42,377 bases of DNA from Planctomycetota bacterium (GTDB taxonomy: Bacteria; Planctomycetota; UBA1135): assembly GCA_045047305.1 (NCBI GenBank), contig JASFYO010000058.1, forward strand, positions 1 to 42,377, given 5' to 3'. The notes under the pieces were generated by a model. The model saw only the letters and a program-made list of their open reading frames with translations. It had not been told where the DNA came from and made no database searches. Positions within the stretch are counted from its first letter, which is position 1. The number at the start of each line of letters is the position of its first letter. Made by a program: the position numbers and the translations under genes. This document shows positions 8,806-17,589 of the stretch, piece by piece.

Positions 8806-11313
8806 CTACTCCTCGAGTAAACGACGAACCCGCGCATCGGGTTCGTGAGCTAGCAGGTATCGGATTTCCGCAGGAAACAAATCCTGTCTCTCTACGATGG
8901 CGCTTACCGCAGCCCGGCGAAGTAATGCGCTCTTTGAAGTGAGTGCATTGTGCAAAGTATCAAGAATTGATTGCTCCGACGGGACTCTGGTTCCAATCTC
9001 TATACCTTGCAACCAAAAGCCAAGATACCCAATTGCAGCCGTCCGAATCCGTGTGCTATGACCTTTCCACGAGAGTGGCAGCAACATAGATTGAACCCTT
9101 GGAGCCAAATTGCCTTCTGGCTCCGCCTGCGCAAGACCCGCAAGGATTTGCATGGCAGCCAAGTGAAGACGTTGACCTTCTCCCTCTTCCTTTTCCAATT
9201 GCTGTTGAGCAAAGGCCATTCTCTCAAGAGGTTCTTTGCCGGCCGCAAGAGCGCGAAAAGCGCTAACTCGCAGCCCCGTCAAATTACTTTGATTCGTATA
9301 AGTGGAGAAAAGCAAGTCATGGACGATTGGGTTCCTTTCAAAACTACAGACCCAATTCCACAAGCTTGCACGCACCTGTGCATCTTTTTCGCCCGCAAAA
9401 GATGCGCGCAAAACAGTGATGTCGGCATTGGTGCCTTCGCGGAGACGCAATGCTTTCACTGCCGCCAACCGGACTCCAGGAACTTTGTCGGAGCGTGCCA
9501 CTCGCCATAAAGTGTCCGTGGTTTGCTGGTCCTGATAATCAGCAAGATCACGTACCGCCAGAACGCGGGAGCGAGCGCTCCACCCATGAAGGGCGCGTAA
9601 GTTCGTTGCGTTGGCTGGCTCGTGAACCGTCAACTTTGCTGGAAGGTAAACATGAGGGTCAAACTCAACCCATCCATCAAAGGAAGGGCCTGTGCTGACT
9701 GCAAAAACTTGATTCTCCTGGGTCACCTGAAAGCGTGTTTCACGCCATTGGCCGCCCTCGTACCAGCGCACATCCAAGGGGAATTCAAACGCAGCGGGAA
9801 CTCCGCCGGCTAAAGATTGGGTTTGAATGACCTGAACCTCCAGCTCACGCCCGCGACGATTCCAAGACAAATCTAGTTCTGGATATCCCGGCGCATAAAC
9901 CCATTGCGCAAAAACATTTCCAAAATCATGGCCACTGGCATCTTCTAAAGCCTGCTGTAAATCTTGGCTATCTACCGACCGATAGGCATGACGATGTAAA
10001 TAGATCTTCAGTGCCTCCCGGAACGCATCTTCGCCAATGATGCCACGGAACAAGTTCGCACGTGCTGCGCCTCCGGGGTAAATCGTGCCATCGAAGAACA
10101 AATCCATTGGCAGGCGGTATTCCGTCTTCACCAAAGGACGTAGATTTTCATCGCGACATGCGCGCAGATATCCGTCGATGGTGTCGCCCATCGCAACTTG
10201 AAAATCGGCCTCGCCGTTACGGTGGCGGCGATAAAGCAAATTGAAGTAGGTTGCAAAGCCTTCATTCAGCCATGCATGAGTCCAATCCATGCATGTGACG
10301 ATATCTCCAAACCATTGATGCGCCGCCTCATGCGCAACTAAACCCCAACTTGGATTGCTGGCCTGATATTCCGCAGAGTGCAAAGCGTTACGCGTGACCG
10401 TAGTCGCGGAAACATTTTCCATTCCACCAAAGGGGAAGTCCCGAACCGCCACTTGGGCGTATTTAGAGAAAGGGTAACGAAAGCCGGTGTATTCACTGAT
10501 GAAGCCCAAAACCGCGCCAGTCTCCGAAAAGGATGCGGATAGAAGGTCCACATCGGCAGGTTCGCCTACATACCAAAGTGCGACATCTTCCCACCGATCC
10601 TCCAACTTCAGCAGCGGCCCCGCAGCGAAGGTGAATAGATAGGTAGGCATCTCTTCGTCCATGACCCAGGTGTCTACATAGGAAAATCCGTCGGCATCGA
10701 GTTCATGCTCAACCAAATCACCTGCGGCAACCGTAATCCAGCTTCGCGGAACGCGGGCGCGCAAAGTATGGGTCGCCCGATCAGCAGGGTTGTCGTTGCA
10801 TGGAAACCAAAAACGCGCGCGCTGAGCCTCCCCTTGAGTATATACGTGTGGCGGATGATCAACGCCACTTTCGCTTGGTAGCACAAAATGCATACCCGCC
10901 AAAGGCGAGGTGCGATATTGAATGTCTAAAGTAATGACATCGTTAGCTGCAATAGGTCTGCCAAAAGGAATGACAAGAGTGCGCTTCTTGGAGAGGAAGG
11001 GCAGCACTTCGACGCGCGACAACTCACTAGTGACCCCAAGGATTTCCATGTCGACGGCATCCAGCACCACTTCTTTCAACTCGCGGGTGGCACGCAAGCG
11101 AATACGAGTAGTACCAACAAGCTCGGCGCGATCCGAACCAAGCTCAATCTCTAACCCGTAGGAGAGGGTGTCATACCCACGGTCCACCGGTGGGTGCAAC
11201 AATGGAGCGGGCGGATCGTCGACCGCGGATTCCGATTGTGGCACCACGCATGCGGTGAACCCCAGTAGGAGTAGGCCTACAGGGAAAAGGAAATCAAGCT
11301 TTAGCCGATGCAT
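8806..11313 (-). CDS. M1-family zinc aminopeptidase (PepN-like) lipoprotein with C-terminal HEAT-like repeats
   Basis: Lipobox LLGFTA-C, YTQGE, ARFWFPC, GGMEN, HEAAHQWFGD...WLNEGFATY, catalytic Tyr in FDGTIY, helical repeat C-terminus. Confidence 0.93.
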   Translation of the reverse strand: MHRLKLDFLFPVGLLLLGFTACVVPQSESAVDDPPAPLLHPPVDRGYDTLSYGLEIELGSDRAELVGTTRIRLRATRELKEVVLDAVDMEILGVTSELSRVEVLPFLSKKRTLVIPFGRPIAANDVITLDIQYRTSPLAGMHFVLPSESGVDHPPHVYTQGEAQRARFWFPCNDNPADRATHTLRARVPRSWITVAAGDLVEHELDADGFSYVDTWVMDEEMPTYLFTFAAGPLLKLEDRWEDVALWYVGEPADVDLLSASFSETGAVLGFISEYTGFRYPFSKYAQVAVRDFPFGGMENVSATTVTRNALHSAEYQASNPSWGLVAHEAAHQWFGDIVTCMDWTHAWLNEGFATYFNLLYRRHRNGEADFQVAMGDTIDGYLRACRDENLRPLVKTEYRLPMDLFFDGTIYPGGAARANLFRGIIGEDAFREALKIYLHRHAYRSVDSQDLQQALEDASGHDFGNVFAQWVYAPGYPELDLSWNRRGRELEVQVIQTQSLAGGVPAAFEFPLDVRWYEGGQWRETRFQVTQENQVFAVSTGPSFDGWVEFDPHVYLPAKLTVHEPANATNLRALHGWSARSRVLAVRDLADYQDQQTTDTLWRVARSDKVPGVRLAAVKALRLREGTNADITVLRASFAGEKDAQVRASLWNWVCSFERNPIVHDLLFSTYTNQSNLTGLRVSAFRALAAGKEPLERMAFAQQQLEKEEGEGQRLHLAAMQILAGLAQAEPEGNLAPRVQSMLLPLSWKGHSTRIRTAAIGYLGFWLQGIEIGTRVPSEQSILDTLHNALTSKSALLRRAAVSAIVERQDLFPAEIRYLLAHEPDARVRRLLEE

Positions 11314-12760
11314 TGTTATCTAGAGGTTCTTCCTCATTTGCATCGAGTACGCCTTCCCACCAACCGTCCAGGACACCGCCCTGACCAGTTTCATTAAATA
11401 CCGCACCACCAAGGCCGGTCTTCTTGCGATGCGTTGCCGCGATTTCACGCAAGCGCGGCATAGCTGTTGCGTGCCCCAGTACTACCATGAAGGACCCCTG
11501 CCCACCTTCGGCAAGACGAGTTCCAAACAAACCAGCCATGCGGCCAGCGATAGTGAGCTCGGTACGCAGAGAATGCAGGTGGTCGTTCTTGAGACTGCAC
11601 TTCTCTAGATAGGAGCGATGCGAGCTATTCAAAACGCGGCCAGATTCAGCGAGAAAATCTTCACGCTTGGTGCGGCCATAATCCTGCAAGTGCTGCAGCA
11701 ATCGGCGCGCGCGCCCACTTTCACGGACGTGGTGTTCCGACAAAGCGCGATCGCGGTAATTCTCTTCTGGGTTCACCATATCCCGTAAACCTTCGTCGCT
11801 GGTCTTCTTAAATTTGTTCAAGAAGTCTTTGCCACCTTCCTTGGTTGGAACATGAGAACGCAAGCCGCCCTCAAACTCAGCTGGAGTCACTTGCCCCCAA
11901 CCTCCGCGTTGCGATTGCTTGGCCTTACGCAACGCCACGTTCAAGTGTTCGAGCCCCATGCGAGCGCCGGTCATGGCATGCAGTCCCATTTCTGGGGCAG
12001 CTTTGCCTCCGCCGGCATCCACCGCGGCAACCACCACGTGTTCCGGCAACGGCAGCCACTGCATCACTGGGTCCAAACCATGTTCGATTGCCAACAGGCA
12101 ACCCTTCTGAGCATTGCAGGAAGTGAGAGCTTGGGTCATCGGGATGGCCCGTCCCAAAACCTCCTTGTAGCCGTAAACAATGGCGCGCGCCACGCGAATG
12201 CCATCGACCCTTTTCTTATCCAGGCCGGTCGAGCCTTTGAATGCCAAAGCAATCGAAGTCGCTACAGCGACCTCAGAACCGAATCCCTCGCCATCTGGCA
12301 TGCGATCCCAGATCACAAGTGTAAAGCCTTGTTTGGGCGTATTTAGCTGGTGAGTGCGACGCAAGCCGATCATCACCGCCATCATGTCCATCATCCAAGG
12401 CGCTTTATCTTCCTCAAACTGCGCTCTAAGCACCGCTAAGGAGCGTGGAGGGCCCTTTTTAGTGTAAATCGTTGGAATATGACCCTTCCATTCCAAATTT
12501 CCACCTTTTGCGGCAGGGCGCAAAAAACGAATATGGATGACATCGTCAGCGCGATTTTGAATGGCACTGTAGACCGAACGGCCGGTTGCCATGCTGACGG
12601 AGGCAGATCCCGGCAACTCGCTTGGTCCTCCGACCAAATCTAGGCACCCGGGAGCGCGCGTAAGCCACATGGGGGCATCGAGTTGCAGAATATCACCTGC
12701 GGCTCCTTTGAGCAGCGAGGAGAATGGGAGCAGAGACGGGGAGAGGGCGGGTACGGGCAC
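11294..12760 (-). CDS. GHMP-kinase (galactokinase/L-arabinokinase-like) fold protein, probably catalytically altered
   Basis: RAPGCLDLVGGPSELPG, PDGEGFGSEVA, SHRSY and LFGTRLAEGGQG line up with GalK/arabinokinase motifs. Likely start is GTG 12760 after AGGA; the track ORF starts at 12835. Confidence 0.8.
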   Translation of the reverse strand: MPVPALSPSLLPFSSLLKGAAGDILQLDAPMWLTRAPGCLDLVGGPSELPGSASVSMATGRSVYSAIQNRADDVIHIRFLRPAAKGGNLEWKGHIPTIYTKKGPPRSLAVLRAQFEEDKAPWMMDMMAVMIGLRRTHQLNTPKQGFTLVIWDRMPDGEGFGSEVAVATSIALAFKGSTGLDKKRVDGIRVARAIVYGYKEVLGRAIPMTQALTSCNAQKGCLLAIEHGLDPVMQWLPLPEHVVVAAVDAGGGKAAPEMGLHAMTGARMGLEHLNVALRKAKQSQRGGWGQVTPAEFEGGLRSHVPTKEGGKDFLNKFKKTSDEGLRDMVNPEENYRDRALSEHHVRESGRARRLLQHLQDYGRTKREDFLAESGRVLNSSHRSYLEKCSLKNDHLHSLRTELTIAGRMAGLFGTRLAEGGQGSFMVVLGHATAMPRLREIAATHRKKTGLGGAVFNETGQGGVLDGWWEGVLDANEEEPLDNNASAKA

Positions 12761-12912
12761 TGGAATTCCTGAGAATTTTAGATTCCTTGGAAGGGTAGTG
12801 TTATCGCTCCGCGCAACCAAAAACGCAACCCTCACATGTGGAAATCATCGGGTATGATTCCCTGAGGCGCAATCCCCGCGATGACTTCATTAGCGCGCCT
12901 CACTGTAATAGC

Positions 12913-14160
12913 ATGCGTTCAGCCCTCAAATTTAGTGCCCTTAGCCTCATGGCCCTCCTACCGGTGGCCTGTGGTTCATCCGGAACATCTAGTGCCCTCG
13001 GTGGCATTGGAGCCGGAGCCAACGCCGGTGCAGGTCTCGGCACCAGCGACATCTTATTCGCTGGCATTCTCGCCGCAGACGCCATCAACCCCAACGAAGT
13101 TACGGTGACCTGGCCAGATGCAGTCATCCTTCCTTCCTTAGGTGGCGCCATCACCATGCGGTATCAGGTTTATCGCGCCCTGAATGCAGAGGCTGCACAG
13201 CTTGAATCCTCTTTAGTCTTCACCACGGAGCCTGGCGTCACCAGCTTCGTCGATGTAGGTCTTCCAGATAACACCACGCTTTACTATCGCGTGGTCGCAC
13301 TCGACACCGATGAGCGCTTCTCCCTCACCACCAAGGTGACCAATGCGCGCACCCCTGCCGAATATGGTCCAGGCACAGTGAACTACGATACGCAAATCCT
13401 GCCGTTGTGGTCCACGCCTATGCCTGGCGATCCATCCACGACCTGCTTGACCTGCCACACCACTCCAGGCGCTGGTCGCCTTGACCTCAGCACTTTGCAA
13501 GGCGTACTCGCTGGCGTCGGAACTTTGCAGAACCCAAACAGCTTCGTCATCCCTTATCAGGGCGATGCATCCTGGGCAGAGTTCATTGGCCGCATGTCGA
13601 CCCTCCCAGTTCTATTCCAGCACCTGCCTTACCTCACTGCACCAGAGGGATTGGCCGCTATGGAAACCCCAATCAAAGCTTGGGTTTCGGAAGGCGCTCT
13701 AGCAACTCCAGATGGGTTCCCCCCAGTCTTCGAGTTTGCTGACGAGCAATTGGCTGGAACCTACTTCGGTTCCTTCGACGACTTCGAAACCGTGCGTGTG
13801 ACTTTCCCACATGCCTTAGATCCAGAAAGTCTTCCGTTCAACGGCTCGGTTGCTGGCCAGCTGGAATACGCTGTTTACGCAGGAGTAGATTCAGCAAGCA
13901 TCGTTTGGGATAAGCCTGCTGCCTTGATTACCGTCGACCTCAACCAGGCTACGCAAGCAACTGTCAGTGGAACCTTCAAGTGGACCCTCAGCGACACCCT
14001 CGTGGCTGTCATCCGTCCGCTCGATGCTGCCGGCCGTGGCGTTCCATTCGATTTAGAGGCTTACGATCCCGCAACCGCAACGGCTCAAGAGCTGGAAAAC
14101 TTCCGCCTGCGCATGCGCAACCAGGCTGCCAACGAGCGCGAGATGTTCATCTCTCGCTAA
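12913..14160 (+). CDS. Lipoprotein with FN3-like domain(s) and a planctomycete-type c-type cytochrome domain
   Basis: Lipobox LLPVA-C after ATG 12913 (TATGAT at 12853 lies upstream). FN3-like YQVYR...SFVDVGLPDNTTLYYRVVALD. Cytochrome-like YDTQILP...CLTCH...GRLDLST...IKAWVSEGA. Confidence 0.8.
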   Translation: MRSALKFSALSLMALLPVACGSSGTSSALGGIGAGANAGAGLGTSDILFAGILAADAINPNEVTVTWPDAVILPSLGGAITMRYQVYRALNAEAAQLESSLVFTTEPGVTSFVDVGLPDNTTLYYRVVALDTDERFSLTTKVTNARTPAEYGPGTVNYDTQILPLWSTPMPGDPSTTCLTCHTTPGAGRLDLSTLQGVLAGVGTLQNPNSFVIPYQGDASWAEFIGRMSTLPVLFQHLPYLTAPEGLAAMETPIKAWVSEGALATPDGFPPVFEFADEQLAGTYFGSFDDFETVRVTFPHALDPESLPFNGSVAGQLEYAVYAGVDSASIVWDKPAALITVDLNQATQATVSGTFKWTLSDTLVAVIRPLDAAGRGVPFDLEAYDPATATAQELENFRLRMRNQAANEREMFISR

Positions 14161-14190
14161 GGACAAACGCCTTAAGCAATCCTGAACGTA

Positions 14191-14227
14191 GAGTCGTTAT
14201 CCCTTCGGGGATAGCGGCTCTTTTTTT
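14191..14227 (+). terminator. Rho-independent terminator of the cytochrome lipoprotein gene, overlapping the ispG 3' end
   Basis: GAGTCGTTATCCC-TTCG-GGGATAGCGGCTC 13-bp stem (two G-U pairs) with a UUCG tetraloop, followed by T7. Confidence 0.88.
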
Positions 14228-15291
14228 GCCGCCTGCTCTTGCTTGAAGATATGGATTTCTTCGATGAGTGCATCCACCATGTCGGCTTCCGGGACGATGC
14301 GCACTTGCTTGCCGTTGCGGTATAGGATTCCTTTTCCTCCACCACCAGCAATGCCGATGTCCGCCTCACTTGCTTCGCCCGGACCGTTCACAACGCATCC
14401 GAGTACAGCGATTTTCACTGGGACATTTTCTCCCTCTAGGCGCTCCTCCAACTCATCCATCAACGCTTCAAGATCAATCTCGATGCGTCCGCAAGTTGGG
14501 CAGCTGATGAGTTCTGGACTCGTCACCCGAGCGCCCGATGCTTTCAAGATATCGAACGCGACCGGAATTTCCGCTTCTGGATCTCCAGTCAAGCTAACTC
14601 GAATCGTATCGCCGATGCCATCGAGTAAAAGAGCGCCAAGCCCTACTGCAGACTTTAGAGAACCGTATCCAGGGCGACCAGCTTCGGTGACTCCAAGGTG
14701 GAGTGGAATGTCGGTGGCCTTGGCAAACTGACGGTTCGCTTCCAACACTGTGGTGGTATCGGTCGACTTCAGTGAAACCACAAAGTTTGTGAAGCCCATG
14801 TCCTCTACCGTTTGGCAGTGACGCATCGCAGACTCCACCATCGCTTCTGGCGACGGCCAGGTGTACTTCTCGAGTAAATCTTTTTCGACCGACCCGGAGT
14901 TCACCCCAATACGCAAAGCAATGCCCGCAGCGTCGGCGGCTTTCACCACTTCTCGCACGCGATCCAAGCTTCCGATGTTGCCCGGATTCAAGCGCACTTT
15001 GTCCACACCAGCATCAATCGCACGTAGGCCTAAACGATGAGTGAAATGAATGTCTGCAATCAAAGGCACTGGACAATGCTTGCGGATTTCCGGCAGCGCG
15101 TCGGCGGCGCGGTCGTGGTTTACCGTAACGCGCACGGCTTCACATCCAGCTTCTACCAGAGACTCGATTTGAGCAATGGTTGCGGATGCATTTTCCGTGT
15201 CAGTGCAAGTCATCGACTGCACGAGGATGGGGAACTCGGAACCGAGTTTTACATCACCTAAGGTGACGGTGCGGGTTTTGCGTCGCGCCAT
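14197..15291 (-). CDS. ispG: (E)-4-hydroxy-3-methylbut-2-enyl-diphosphate synthase
   Basis: VQSMT, PLIADIHF, RLNPGNIG, RIGVNSGS, PLHLGVTEAG, GIGDTIRVSLT, ISCPTCGR, GCVVNGPGE. Confidence 0.98.
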   Translation of the reverse strand: MARRKTRTVTLGDVKLGSEFPILVQSMTCTDTENASATIAQIESLVEAGCEAVRVTVNHDRAADALPEIRKHCPVPLIADIHFTHRLGLRAIDAGVDKVRLNPGNIGSLDRVREVVKAADAAGIALRIGVNSGSVEKDLLEKYTWPSPEAMVESAMRHCQTVEDMGFTNFVVSLKSTDTTTVLEANRQFAKATDIPLHLGVTEAGRPGYGSLKSAVGLGALLLDGIGDTIRVSLTGDPEAEIPVAFDILKASGARVTSPELISCPTCGRIEIDLEALMDELEERLEGENVPVKIAVLGCVVNGPGEASEADIGIAGGGGKGILYRNGKQVRIVPEADMVDALIEEIHIFKQEQAAKKEPLSPKG

Positions 15292-15349
15292 GGAGGCTCA
15301 TTGTAAGCGGGTGCGCAACCTCCGGCCCAGGCCTATAAGCTGATTTAGC

Positions 15350-15991
15350 TTAGGCCAGCCAGGCATCGTAAGCTGCCACGCGCCGCACCCAGGCTTGGGT
15401 GTTGGGGCAGACGTCGGCAGCGATGGTGAAATGCTTAGCGATGACAGGGCCGAAAAAGGAAGCCTGAATGACCGGGTGCTCATACATCACGCAATAAATC
15501 AAAAGACTGGCGAGAGTGATATCGGCTGCGGTCAAGGTATCGCCGACCAACCAATCGCGCTTTTGCAACGGCTTCTCAAGGACTTGCATGTGCTCGATGA
15601 GTTTTTCCCGTGCGGCCGCTACATTTTCCTTGGTGGCCTCCATGCGTCCAAGGGCAATCATGAACACCGCGCCGAGGCTATCGCTGACACCGTAGCGCCC
15701 AAAGGTCTCCCACTTCTCCACCTTTTTCATCCACTCATAATCCTGTGGGAATAAGCCCGGACCTGGATAGTTGGCGTGCAGGTAGCGCAAGATAGCGCCC
15801 GAATCGAACATAGAAACGCCCTTGTCCTCATCTTGCAACACTGGAGTCAAGGTTTGGTTACTAGCGGCAAGACATGCGCTCCGATCCTCTGGGTTTTGCG
15901 GCAGTTCCTCATACGGAATACCCATGTACCCGAGGGCGACACGGACTTTGACGTTGTTTGGCGAGGGAACGAGAGTGAGGAGCTTGATCAT
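15350..15991 (-). CDS. Glutathione S-transferase family protein
   Basis: SPNNVKVRVALGYMGIPYE, TPVL, FDSGAILRYL, WLVGDTLTAADI, and a P..QAWVRRV C-terminal motif. Confidence 0.92.
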   Translation of the reverse strand: MIKLLTLVPSPNNVKVRVALGYMGIPYEELPQNPEDRSACLAASNQTLTPVLQDEDKGVSMFDSGAILRYLHANYPGPGLFPQDYEWMKKVEKWETFGRYGVSDSLGAVFMIALGRMEATKENVAAAREKLIEHMQVLEKPLQKRDWLVGDTLTAADITLASLLIYCVMYEHPVIQASFFGPVIAKHFTIAADVCPNTQAWVRRVAAYDAWLA

Positions 15992-15999
15992 GAATTTGA

Positions 16000-16404
16000 C
16001 TATCCAGTGACTGGGATGGGTTTGCCATCGCCACCGATGGCTACATAAGTGACTTTGGCGACGGTCACAATCACCTCTACCCCAGGCCGGTCACGGCGCT
16101 CTACAAGTACATCGACTTGTACTGTCACCGATGTCCTGCCCACCACTGGTTTGCAGGTGTAAAGCGAGATCAAATCGCCCACGAACACCGGAGCAATGAA
16201 CTTAATCGAATCCATGGCCACGGTCACGTAGCGGCGGTGCGGGTTGATGCGCCGCATCGCGATTTCCCCAGCTTGGTCAATCAAGGAAAGGATGACGCCA
16301 CCGAAGATGGTTCCGGCAGGGTTTGTGTCCTTCGGAAGTAGGGTGGTGCGCAATGCGAGATCGCCATCGCTACCACAACGTTCGTTGTTGTTGGAATCAG
16401 TCAT
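16000..16404 (-). CDS. Acyl-CoA thioesterase (YciA-like hotdog fold)
   Basis: PKDTNPAGTIFGGVILSLIDQAG, VTVAMDSIKFIAPVFVGD, VGRTS, TYVAI...GKP. Confidence 0.93.
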   Translation of the reverse strand: MTDSNNNERCGSDGDLALRTTLLPKDTNPAGTIFGGVILSLIDQAGEIAMRRINPHRRYVTVAMDSIKFIAPVFVGDLISLYTCKPVVGRTSVTVQVDVLVERRDRPGVEVIVTVAKVTYVAIGGDGKPIPVTG

Positions 16405-17044
16405 CGAGCCAGTGGTTCAGTGTATCCGCAGTGTATCCTCGGACAATCTCAAGGCGTCCGGGGAAAAAATGCCCAACATCCTCCACAATTTGGATCTTTG
16501 ATTGATGCGATTCCGCCGGCCCCATCTTATTGAAGTCGACAAACTCGTCTGCAGTACCGGCCAAAAAAGCGCTGGGGGAAGGCCAGGCATCGGATTCTGG
16601 CCAGGAGTAGAAGTTGGTTGGCCACGCAACTGCCATATATCCAGCGGTCTGTTCGTGGAGACGAATGCCAAGGTCGAGGCCGACGCGTGACCCAAAGCTA
16701 AAACCCCAAATGAAAATGGGAAGGCCGGGGTACTGCGTTTCGAGCCAATGATATGCGGCTTCCGCATCGTCGATCTCGCCTACACCTTCATCGTACTCCC
16801 CTTCCGAACGACCTACTCCACGAAAATCGATGCGTAGCGCAGCACACCCCGCCTCCAGCGACCCAAGTGCTCCATGGCGCACTACATTGTTTTGCCGGGT
16901 GCCGCCATGCACAGGATGAGGATGAAGATGCAAAACCGCTGCACGCGCGGCTTCGGCTGGCCGCTCAAAGGTGGCGTCGAGCTTGCCGACTGGTCCGTCT
17001 AGGAGCAGGCGTTCCGGCGGTGGAGTTTTTAGGTCGCGTGGCAT
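16397..17044 (-). CDS. Alpha/beta hydrolase
   Basis: HPHPVHGG, DFRGVGRSEG, nucleophile elbow GFSFG, G..DE and a C-terminal GHFF. Confidence 0.93.
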   Translation of the reverse strand: MPRDLKTPPPERLLLDGPVGKLDATFERPAEAARAAVLHLHPHPVHGGTRQNNVVRHGALGSLEAGCAALRIDFRGVGRSEGEYDEGVGEIDDAEAAYHWLETQYPGLPIFIWGFSFGSRVGLDLGIRLHEQTAGYMAVAWPTNFYSWPESDAWPSPSAFLAGTADEFVDFNKMGPAESHQSKIQIVEDVGHFFPGRLEIVRGYTADTLNHWLDD

Positions 17045-17091
17045 GGTGTGTTATTTGGAACGGGACATTGTCGCCTCGCGCGTTCGCTTGC

Positions 17092-17097
17092 TAAACT
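17092..17097 (+). promoter_or_regulatory. -10 element (TAAACT) 6 nt before GTG 17104; putative leaderless promoter
   Basis: gcTAAACT-GATTTT-GTG. The same geometry recurs at several genes in the window. Confidence 0.55.
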
Positions 17098-17103
17098 GAT
17101 TTT

Positions 17104-17589
17104 GTGGAATGGTTTGCCACCTTAATGACGGATATGCCCTTAGACGAGCGACGCTTTCACGGCGTTTTACGCGACGTTGCGCATAGTTCACTTGCAGGTG
17201 GGATTCGCCCGCGCGGCATGGCGGCTTGGCATTCCTTTGGCAACGCCGAATGCGACTCCGATGTACGCGATTTAGAGGTGCGTGTGTTGCGCGCGACGGA
17301 AGCGCCGCCATCGGCATTGCATGAACTAGAGATTGCTGGGTTCCGCACAGCCTCTGCTTTGGAGTTTCTAGTTCCACCAGAGGAAGAAGCCTGCCTGGAA
17401 GCTTGGGCACTTGTCGCTTTGTATGCCGAACAGCTTTATGGGTGGGTCCTCACCCGACATTTGGATTTTGAAACCGCCGCTGCAATCATCGGGAGTGAAA
17501 ACGGCTTGATGCACGTGCCCCTCAATGGTGGTCATGGCCGTAAAGCTGTCTTGGTTTCTGCAGAAAGCTTAGTGCGGTTAACCTCATGA
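17104..17589 (+). CDS. Hypothetical protein, translationally coupled to addB
   Basis: 161-aa ORF filling the gap. Its stop overlaps the addB ATG (ATGA) and a -10 box lies 6 nt before its GTG start. Confidence 0.72.
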   Translation: MEWFATLMTDMPLDERRFHGVLRDVAHSSLAGGIRPRGMAAWHSFGNAECDSDVRDLEVRVLRATEAPPSALHELEIAGFRTASALEFLVPPEEEACLEAWALVALYAEQLYGWVLTRHLDFETAAAIIGSENGLMHVPLNGGHGRKAVLVSAESLVRLTS

